The notes below the pieces were generated by a model that saw only the letters and a program-made list of their open reading frames with translations, did not search any database and had not been told where the DNA came from. From NCBI RefSeq assembly GCF_021246445.1, contig NZ_JAJQXW010000001.1, positions 186,001 to 250,000 on the forward strand: a stretch of 64,000 nucleotides of DNA. The letters are read 5' to 3'. The stretch comes from Rhabdothermincola salaria. Its GTDB lineage: Bacteria; Actinomycetota; Acidimicrobiia; Acidimicrobiales; Acidimicrobilacustridaceae. Position numbers and translations under genes: made by a program. This document shows positions 57,044 to 64,000 of this stretch, in pieces (the stretch's first letter is position 1; the number at the start of each line of letters is the position of its first letter).

Positions 57044-58569
57044 GCCTCTTCCTCCTCGTCCTCGTCCTCGTCCCGGGTGGGGCTCGTGGCCGGTTCGACG
57101 ACGGGGAGCTCCACCACGAAGCGGGACCCCGGCTCGCCGTCGACGCGGCGGTCCACCCACACCCGCCCGCCGTGGAGGCGAACGTGCTCGTCGACCAGCG
57201 ACAGGCCGAGCCCGACGCCGCTGTCGGTCGATCGCTTGCCGCTCTCGCCGCCGCGGGCGAAGCGATCGAAGATGGCGGTGCGGTCCTCCGGCGGTACGCC
57301 GGGGCCTCGATCCTCGACGGCGATCTGCACGCGGTGGTCGACCAGGGTGAGGGTGGTGGCGGTGGCGCCGCCCGCGTACTTGGTGGCGTTGTCGAGCAGG
57401 TTGGCGATGACCCGGCCGAACCGGCGCTTGTCGACCCGCACCACGACGTCGCTGACCTCGGGGTCGTAGCGCACAGGAACCCCGCCGCCCCCCAGGACGG
57501 ACACGGCCTGGATCACCATCTCGACCGCGACCACCTCCTCGAGGTGCAACTTGATGGCGCCCACGTCGAAGCGGGAGATCTCGAGGAGGTCCTCGACGAG
57601 CTGCTGGAGCCGATCGACGTCGGCCGACAGCAACACGAGGGCGGTACGGGCCCGATCGGGCATCTCCTCGCGAGAGTTCTCGAGCACCTCGACGGTGGCG
57701 GAGAGGGTCATGAGCGGGGAGCGCAGCTCGTGGCTGACCTCGGACGCGAAACGAGCGTCACGGTCGATGCGGTCCTCGAGCGCCTGGGCCATCTCGTTGA
57801 ACGGGGAGGCGATGAGGTCGAGATCGGGGTCGCCGCCCACGTCGAGGCGGGTGTCGAGACGTCCGCCGGCGATGGCCTCGGCGGCTCGGCCCACGTCGAG
57901 CAGGGGGGAGAAGACCCGTCGGCTGGCCCAGAAGCCGACCAGTCCACCGGCGATGGTGGTCAGCGCCGAGGCCCCCAGCAAGGAGATGGCCAACCCGTTG
58001 AGGGTCTCGCTGAGGTCCAGCAGCGACACGCCCTCGTAGTACTGCGCGTCGAGGGACGGGACGGGGACCCCGATCGCCAGGAAGGGCTCGCCGCGGTTGT
58101 CGAAGCGCATCCGGGCCGCCCGGCCGGCGTCGACGCGCTCCTGGAGCGACGCGGGGATGTCCTCGCGGCCGAACTCGAGGTTGTTGCGGGCGAACCACTC
58201 GCCCCGGTAGCGCAGTACCGGCTGGGCCCCGGCCGGGGCGGGCAGCGAGACGATCACCTGCTCGACCGCGGTGCCGTCGGCGTCGGTGCCGAGGCGGTTG
58301 CCCACCCGCTCGGCGTTGGCGAGGGCCTGGGTCACCGAGGACTCCTCGCGCTGGGTGAGCAGGTTCTCGCGGGTGAGTCCGAAGGTCACGATGGACAGCA
58401 CGGCGGACAGCACCCCGGCGCCGAGCGCGAAGGTGAGGGTGAGACGGGTGCGCAGGCCCAGGCCGTGGCCGATGGGGATGAACCGTGGTCGGCGGCGCGT
58501 CGATCGCGTGGCGGCGGTCCGCGCGTCGGTGGCGGCGTTGCGGGCCTCGGCGGGGCTGGTCGCGGTCAC
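57040..58569 (-). CDS. HAMP sensor histidine kinase
   Basis: VSHELRSPL, NLLDNA, DRGPGV, GVGLGL; two TM helices. Confidence 0.93.
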   Translation of the reverse strand: MTATSPAEARNAATDARTAATRSTRRRPRFIPIGHGLGLRTRLTLTFALGAGVLSAVLSIVTFGLTRENLLTQREESSVTQALANAERVGNRLGTDADGTAVEQVIVSLPAPAGAQPVLRYRGEWFARNNLEFGREDIPASLQERVDAGRAARMRFDNRGEPFLAIGVPVPSLDAQYYEGVSLLDLSETLNGLAISLLGASALTTIAGGLVGFWASRRVFSPLLDVGRAAEAIAGGRLDTRLDVGGDPDLDLIASPFNEMAQALEDRIDRDARFASEVSHELRSPLMTLSATVEVLENSREEMPDRARTALVLLSADVDRLQQLVEDLLEISRFDVGAIKLHLEEVVAVEMVIQAVSVLGGGGVPVRYDPEVSDVVVRVDKRRFGRVIANLLDNATKYAGGATATTLTLVDHRVQIAVEDRGPGVPPEDRTAIFDRFARGGESGKRSTDSGVGLGLSLVDEHVRLHGGRVWVDRRVDGEPGSRFVVELPVVEPATSPTRDEDEDEEEEA

Positions 58570-58583
58570 AGGGCCCGAGGCGC

Positions 58584-59264
58584 TCAGGGCTGGAGCTTGT
58601 AGCCGAGACCGCGGACCGTCACCACATGGCGCGGGTTGGCCGGATCGGTCTCGACCTTCATGCGCAGCCGCCGGACGTGGACGTCGACCAGGCGACCGTC
58701 GCCGAAGTACCCGTAGCCCCAGACCCGTTCGAGGAGGACCTCTCGGCTGAACACCCGTCCTGGGCTCGACGCCAGTTCGACGAGCAGACGGAACTCGGTC
58801 TTGGTGAGGTGGACCTCGTCGCCGTCGCGCAGCACGACCCCTTCGTCGGGGACGATCTCGAGGTCGCCGAAGCGCAGGTGGGTGACGGCAGGGTCGGAGG
58901 TCCGGGCCCGGCGCAGCAGGGCCCGGATGCGAGCGGAGAGCTCCTTGGGGGCGAAGGGCTTGGTGAGGTAGTCGTCGGCGCCCGCCTCGAGCCCGGCGAC
59001 CACGTCGTGGGTGTCGGCTCGGGCCGTCACCATGACGATGGGCACGTCGCTGACGCGGCGGATGGAGCGGCACACGTCGAACCCGTCGATGCCCGGCAAC
59101 ATGATGTCGATGAGCACCACGTCACACGGGTGGCGCGTGAACGATTCGAGCGCGTCCTCGCCCGTGTCGGCCTCCTCGACGACCCAGCCCTCGTCCTCGA
59201 GGGCCATCTTCACCGCCGTTCGGATGCGCTCGTCGTCTTCCACCGTGAGGATGCGGGTGCCCAT
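58584..59264 (-). CDS. OmpR/PhoB family response regulator (MtrA/AfsQ1-like)
   Basis: VEDD, LIDIMLPG, GADDYLTKPF, VDVHVRRLR, TVRGLGY. Confidence 0.95.
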   Translation of the reverse strand: MGTRILTVEDDERIRTAVKMALEDEGWVVEEADTGEDALESFTRHPCDVVLIDIMLPGIDGFDVCRSIRRVSDVPIVMVTARADTHDVVAGLEAGADDYLTKPFAPKELSARIRALLRRARTSDPAVTHLRFGDLEIVPDEGVVLRDGDEVHLTKTEFRLLVELASSPGRVFSREVLLERVWGYGYFGDGRLVDVHVRRLRMKVETDPANPRHVVTVRGLGYKLQP

Positions 59265-59459
59265 AGCCATCCCCATCGTGCCCGATGTGGCGGGCGTTCG
59301 CGGTCATTTCGACCGAGAAATCCCACGTCGGAGGGAATCGAGGTGGGACGACGGCGTCGGGGAGGCGGCCCGAGGGTCCCCCTCTCGGCTCGTTCGGGCC
59401 ACGAGGATGGACGCCGTGCCGACCGAACGGGAGGCACCTCCAGGAGCAGGTGATCCGCC

Positions 59460-59867
59460 ATGACGCCTCCCCCCGCCCTCGGTGTCCGTGAGACGGTGGC
59501 CGCGATCGACGACGTCGTGGTCCGTGCCGTCGACCTGGTGATCGATGCCAGTGGCGAGTTCGGAGCGTGGTTCTCCACCATGGCCGCCGGCTTGGAAGGC
59601 GATCCCGGCGCCGTGCAGCGGCTGGTGCAGGCCGGAGGGCAGCGAGACGCCCAGCTCACCGAGGGCAACGGAGCCCTGGTGCGGATGCGCCTCGACGACA
59701 CCCTGCGCGTGGTGCAGGGGATCGCCCGCAGGCACCCTCGTCGGGTCGAGGCCCACCTCCGGGTCGACGAGCGGCGGGTGGCCGCGGGCGGGGCGGTCCC
59801 GGGAGGCGTGGAGCGGGCGGCCGCCGCCCGGCAGCTCGTACGGGGATGGATGGACGTCGACGACTGA
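59460..59867 (+). CDS. Hypothetical protein
   Basis: ORF fills the gap; AGGTGA/AGGAG upstream; GC3-rich codons. Confidence 0.55.
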   Translation: MTPPPALGVRETVAAIDDVVVRAVDLVIDASGEFGAWFSTMAAGLEGDPGAVQRLVQAGGQRDAQLTEGNGALVRMRLDDTLRVVQGIARRHPRRVEAHLRVDERRVAAGGAVPGGVERAAAARQLVRGWMDVDD

Positions 59868-59905
59868 CCCCGGCGACAGGGGACCTCCCGGTGTGGGGGG
59901 CGAGC

Positions 59906-60748
59906 TCAGGCCTGGCCGGCCCCGGCACGGCGCAGCAGCGACGCGAGCGGCTCGAAGAGGCCCGGCCCGGCGGCCAGGCAGAACTCGCCGGATGGCGGGC
60001 CTCCCTCGAGGTCGCCGACGAGGGCACCCGCCTCGGCGGCCACCAGTGCCCCGGCCGCATGGTCCCAGGGCTGCAGGCCGCGCTCGTAGAAGGCGTCGAC
60101 GCGCCCACAGGCCACCGAGCACAGGTCGACGGCGGCCGCGCCCATGCGGCGGATGTCGCGGACCGCCGGGAGGACGGAGGTGAGCACCCGAGCCTGGCGC
60201 TCGCGCCGCTCGGGATCGTAGGAGAAGCCGGTGGCGACCAGGGCATGGGCCAGGTCGTGGGCGCCCGACACGGCGATCCGCTCGCCGTTGCGGAAGGCTC
60301 CGTGGTCGACGCGGGCACTGAACACGTCGCCGTGGAGCGGATCGTGGACGACACCCGCCACCACCCGGCCATCGAACCGGGCGGCGATCGACACGGCGAA
60401 CCCGGCATGGCCGTAGAGGTAGTTGGTGGTCCCGTCGAGGGGGTCGACGATCCACTCGACGCCAGAGGTGCCCGTGCGGGAGGTGCCCTCTTCGCCGCGC
60501 ATGGCGTCGTCGGGGCGGGCGCCGAGCAGGCGCCGCTCGATGAGCCGCTCGGCCTCGCGGTCCATCTCGGTGACCATGTCGGTGCTGGTGGACTTGGTGG
60601 CCACCGACGTGCGCACCCGGCCGACACCCTCGCTCAGCACGGTGGCGGCCTCGGCGGCCGCGGTGAGGGCCAGCTCGAGCAGGGCTCGGTGGTCGACGGG
60701 GGCGGCGGGCGCAGAGGTCTCGGTGACGGGCTCCTCGGGTCGGGCCAC
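59906..60748 (-). CDS. suhB: Inositol monophosphatase (SuhB-like)
   Basis: DMVTEMD, GEEG, DPLDGTTNY, ATGF, RRMGAAA, WDHAAG. Confidence 0.9.
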   Translation of the reverse strand: MARPEEPVTETSAPAAPVDHRALLELALTAAAEAATVLSEGVGRVRTSVATKSTSTDMVTEMDREAERLIERRLLGARPDDAMRGEEGTSRTGTSGVEWIVDPLDGTTNYLYGHAGFAVSIAARFDGRVVAGVVHDPLHGDVFSARVDHGAFRNGERIAVSGAHDLAHALVATGFSYDPERRERQARVLTSVLPAVRDIRRMGAAAVDLCSVACGRVDAFYERGLQPWDHAAGALVAAEAGALVGDLEGGPPSGEFCLAAGPGLFEPLASLLRRAGAGQA

Positions 60749-60758
60749 GGTCGTCGTC

Positions 60759-61139
60759 TCAGCGCACCCGCGGGGGCGGGTTGTCGGGCCCCGGCGGAGG
60801 TCGGCGGCCGCCCCGTGGGGCCGGAGTGGGAGCCGGGCCCCCGCGGGCCTGGATGGTGTGCCACTCGCCCATGGCCCGCAGGGTGAGCACCGCCACCACG
60901 GCCGTGCCGCCGGCGGCCACGACGGCGCCGACGAGCCCACCCAGACCGGTCTGCAGCCCGCAGTCGTCGCCTTCGCACTGCAGGTCGACGAAGGCGAAGC
61001 CGATGAAGCCGCCGGCGGCGCCGGCCAACACGATGGCGGCGAAGGCCAGCACCCTCGCGCCGACCGAGGGCAGGGCGGTGCGGGGCGCGCCCGGTCCGCT
61101 CGGTGTCCGGTCGGTGTCCTCGGGGGTGCTCACGGCCAC
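60759..61139 (-). CDS. Two-TM membrane protein
   Basis: Two hydrophobic helices flanking CEGDDC; RAMGEW. Confidence 0.75.
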   Translation of the reverse strand: MAVSTPEDTDRTPSGPGAPRTALPSVGARVLAFAAIVLAGAAGGFIGFAFVDLQCEGDDCGLQTGLGGLVGAVVAAGGTAVVAVLTLRAMGEWHTIQARGGPAPTPAPRGGRRPPPGPDNPPPRVR

Positions 61140-61198
61140 CGATCCTACCGATCGGGCGTCGGGCCCCCTCCGCCGGGGCCAGCGCGGCGGGCCGTAGC

Positions 61199-61963
61199 AT
61201 GACGCTCGTGAAGCCCCTGGTCATCCTCCCGACCTTCAACGAGGCCGAGAACATCGTCGAGGTTCTCGATCGACTCCGCGATGCCGTGCCCGAAGCCGAC
61301 GTGCTGGTCGTCGACGACGCCAGTCCCGATGGCACCGCCGGCCTCGCCGAGCGATGGGGCGCCGAGCACGGTGGCGGGCTCTCGGTGCTGCGCCGGGCGG
61401 GAAAGCAGGGACTCGGCTCGGCGTATCGCGCCGGTTTCGCCGAGGGACTGGCCCAGGGCTACGACGCTCTCGTCGAGATGGACTCGGACCTCTCCCACGA
61501 TCCGGCGGCGCTGCCGTCGCTGCTCAGCGCGGTCGACGCCGGCGCCGATCTGGCCATCGGTTCGCGCTACGTGCCGGGAGGCAGCATCCCGGAGTGGCCC
61601 AAGCACCGCGAGTACCTGTCACGGGGCGGGAACCGCTACGCCTCTCTGCTGCTCGGCTTGCAGGTCCGCGACGCGACCGCCGGCTTCCGCTGCTATGCGG
61701 CGCCGATGCTGTCCCAGATCGCCCTCGACGAGATCACGGCCGACGGCTACGGCTTCCAGATCGAGATGGCCTACGCGGTCGCCGGGAGAGGCGGCCGCAT
61801 CGTGGAGGTGCCCATCAGCTTCACCGATCGCGTCCGCGGCACCTCCAAGATGTCCGGCCGCATCGTCGTGGAGGCGCTGGTGCTGGTGACCTGGTGGGCG
61901 ATCCGCGACCGGCTGCTGCGCCGTCGCCGCCACGATGCCTCACCCGCCGACCCCGCGCGCTGA
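61199..61963 (+). CDS. ppm1: Polyprenol-phosphate mannose synthase (GT2)
   Basis: PTFNEAENI, VDDASPDGT, EMDSDLSH, GSRYV, GYGFQIEM; true start may be GTG 61208. Confidence 0.9.
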   Translation: MTLVKPLVILPTFNEAENIVEVLDRLRDAVPEADVLVVDDASPDGTAGLAERWGAEHGGGLSVLRRAGKQGLGSAYRAGFAEGLAQGYDALVEMDSDLSHDPAALPSLLSAVDAGADLAIGSRYVPGGSIPEWPKHREYLSRGGNRYASLLLGLQVRDATAGFRCYAAPMLSQIALDEITADGYGFQIEMAYAVAGRGGRIVEVPISFTDRVRGTSKMSGRIVVEALVLVTWWAIRDRLLRRRRHDASPADPAR

Positions 61964-62003
61964 TGCCTGCTCGCTCAAGTCGCTCCTCCCTCGTGCCGAT
62001 TCC

Positions 62004-62744
62004 ATGAACGTGACCACTGCGACCCTCACCCTGCTCCCGCCTCAGCGGCTCGGTGTCCTCCTCTCGGAGGGGCGACACGCCCGCGGTCGTTCGCTGACCG
62101 ACGTGGCGTCGGCGTGCTCCTTCGACGAGGAGGAGCTGGACGCCCTCGAGCGCGGCGACCTGCGTCTCGCCGACGATCAGGTCCAGCCCGTCCTCGACGC
62201 CTACGGCGTCCCCGTCGAAGAGCTGATCCCCGCCCGCAGCCAGGTGGTGGTCGACCTCGACCAGGGGCAGCTCCTCGTCGCCGAGGAAGCGGCCGCCATC
62301 GACACGTCGGCCCCCACCGCCGACGAGGTCCTCTCGGCCTATCTCTCGCTCGTCTACACGCTGCGCCACGCCGATCCGGGCACGCCGCTCGTGCTGCGCC
62401 AGTACGACGTTGCCGTGCTGTCGCGTGCCCTGCGCCTCGCCGAGCCGGACGTCGAGGCCCGCCTCACCGGCCTCATGCGCCAGCCGAGCACCGACCTGAG
62501 CCTGTTCCACCGGCTGCTGCGCTCGAAGCTCGTCTTCCCCGTGGTGGGCGCCGTCGTCATCGCCACCGGGGTGGGCACCGTGCTGGTGCTGCGCGCCGGC
62601 GACGAGGCCACCCCGCCGCCGGAGCCGGCCACCCGGCCCTCTGCGGTCGAGGCACCCGTCGACCCGTCCGTGTCGCTCATCCCCGGCGCGGTGCAGGAAC
62701 GCAACCCCGACGGTTCCCCCGGAGCGGTGCAGGTCGATCCCTGA
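62004..62744 (+). CDS. XRE-type HTH protein with C-terminal TM helix
   Basis: RHARGRSLTDVA...LDALERG...YGVPVEEL; VVGAVVIATGVGTVLVL. Confidence 0.7.
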   Translation: MNVTTATLTLLPPQRLGVLLSEGRHARGRSLTDVASACSFDEEELDALERGDLRLADDQVQPVLDAYGVPVEELIPARSQVVVDLDQGQLLVAEEAAAIDTSAPTADEVLSAYLSLVYTLRHADPGTPLVLRQYDVAVLSRALRLAEPDVEARLTGLMRQPSTDLSLFHRLLRSKLVFPVVGAVVIATGVGTVLVLRAGDEATPPPEPATRPSAVEAPVDPSVSLIPGAVQERNPDGSPGAVQVDP

Positions 62745-62819
62745 CCTGGCCGGGCCGGTCACCTCGACCGTGCCCGGCGCGGTCTCCCCGGCCTCCCCAC
62801 GCAGTGCGATGATGGCGCG

Positions 62820-63305
62820 ATGCGCGACTGGCTCGTGGGCGGTGCAGTCATGGAGGGCCCCGATGGGCTCCTGCTCGTCCAGAACCGGCGCCGCGACGGC
62901 CGCCACGACTGGAGCCCGCCCGGAGGCGTGATCGACCGCGGCGAGTCCCTCGTCGAGGGCCTCACCCGGGAGGTCCTCGAGGAGACAGGCCTGACGGTCA
63001 CCGAGTGGGCCGGTCCCCTCTACGAGATCGAGGCCGAGGCCCCCACGCTCGGGTGGCGCCTGCGGGTCGAGGCCTGGAGGGCGGTCAGCTGGCGGGGCGA
63101 CCTCGTCGTCGACGACCCCGACGGCATCGTGGTCGACGCCCGCTGGGTGAGCACCACCGACTGCGCCCTCCACCTCGCCGAGGCGTCGCCCTGGGTGGCC
63201 GACCCGGTGCAGGAGTGGCTGGCCGAACCGTGGGCCGGGCGACGCCGGTACGGGTACCGGATCGTCGGGCGCGATCCCCGGGCGTTGGAGGTCACCCGGG
63301 TGTGA
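62820..63305 (+). CDS. NUDIX hydrolase
   Basis: [24 protein letters not shown]. Confidence 0.9.
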   Translation: MRDWLVGGAVMEGPDGLLLVQNRRRDGRHDWSPPGGVIDRGESLVEGLTREVLEETGLTVTEWAGPLYEIEAEAPTLGWRLRVEAWRAVSWRGDLVVDDPDGIVVDARWVSTTDCALHLAEASPWVADPVQEWLAEPWAGRRRYGYRIVGRDPRALEVTRV

Positions 63306-64000
63306 CCGTCCGCGACCGCCCGACGATCCTGCACGTCGACATGGACGCCTTCTTCGTGTCGGTGGAGCTGCTCGACCGTCCTGAGCTTCGGGGCCGTCCC
63401 GTCGTCGTGGGCGGGCAGGGCGAACGGGGTGTCGTGGCCGCCGCCTCCTACGAGGCGAGGGCCTTCGGCGTGCACTCGGCCATGCCCTCGGTCAGGGCCC
63501 GCCGCCTGTGCCCACACGCCGTGTTCCTCGCCGGACGTCACGCGCGCTACGCCGAGGTCAGCGCCGAGGTGATGACGATCTTCCGCCAGGTCACCCCGCT
63601 CGTCGAACCCCTCTCGCTCGACGAGGCGTTCCTCGACGTGGCGGGGGCCGAGCGTCGGATGGGTCCGGCCCCGACCATCGCCGCTCGCCTGCGGGCCCGG
63701 GTGCTCGACGAGGTCGGCCTCACCTGCTCGGTGGGGGTGGCCGCCACGAAGTTCGTGGCCAAGCTGGCCACCGAGGACGCCAAGCCCGGCGTGTCCGAGG
63801 CCGGCCCGGTCCTCGGCGACGGCGTGAGGGTGGTGGCTCCGGGCGACACGCTGGCGTTCCTGCACCCCCTGCCCGTCCGGGCCCTGTGGGGCGTGGGACC
63901 GGCCACCCTGAACCGGCTCGGGCGCCTGGGCATCGTCACCGTCGGGGACCTGGCGGCCACCGATCGGGGCATGCTGGTCGGGGCGCTCGGCCGGGCCCAG
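63302..64000 (+). CDS. dinB: DNA polymerase IV (truncated by the window edge)
   Basis: [43 protein letters not shown]. Confidence 0.95.
   Translation, partial: MTVRDRPTILHVDMDAFFVSVELLDRPELRGRPVVVGGQGERGVVAAASYEARAFGVHSAMPSVRARRLCPHAVFLAGRHARYAEVSAEVMTIFRQVTPLVEPLSLDEAFLDVAGAERRMGPAPTIAARLRARVLDEVGLTCSVGVAATKFVAKLATEDAKPGVSEAGPVLGDGVRVVAPGDTLAFLHPLPVRALWGVGPATLNRLGRLGIVTVGDLAATDRGMLVGALGRAQ

Overview
A 64 kb chromosomal segment of a very high-GC actinobacterium, most likely class Acidimicrobiia (inferred from gene content and style). The backbone is mostly housekeeping: upp, class A PBP, tRNA-Val, rnpB, glpD/glpK, perR-rubrerythrin, whiB, trpD, a DEDD/GIY-YIG nuclease, queG, a PimB-like GT4, SRPBCC-ArsA-ROK kinase, pfkA, an OmpR/HK/GerMN three-component system, suhB, ppm1 and dinB. 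Two apparent accessory blocks interrupt it: P450 plus an L-rhamnose/rhamnoside cluster (8.3-20.8 kb) and DinB-fold/sulfatase/molybdoenzyme genes (35.8-42.3 kb). I found no CRISPR array, integrase, transposase or prophage. The best candidates for undescribed biology are: (1) a catalytically degenerate SMC/SbcC-like coiled-coil gene paired with a GGQ-less aeRF1-fold (Balon-like) gene, inserted in the Get3-like ArsA-glucokinase locus; (2) a glpD + alkyl-DHAP-synthase-like + kinase operon that could catabolise ether lipids; (3) an RNase P RNA lacking P18 and with a compensated base-pair swap in P4; (4) a duplicated GGA-rich hairpin region followed by a PafBC-type promoter upstream of a Cys-rich ORF and queG; (5) tandem LexA boxes over a nuclease plus membrane coiled-coil operon. 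All functional calls come from motif recognition by eye; no searches were run.
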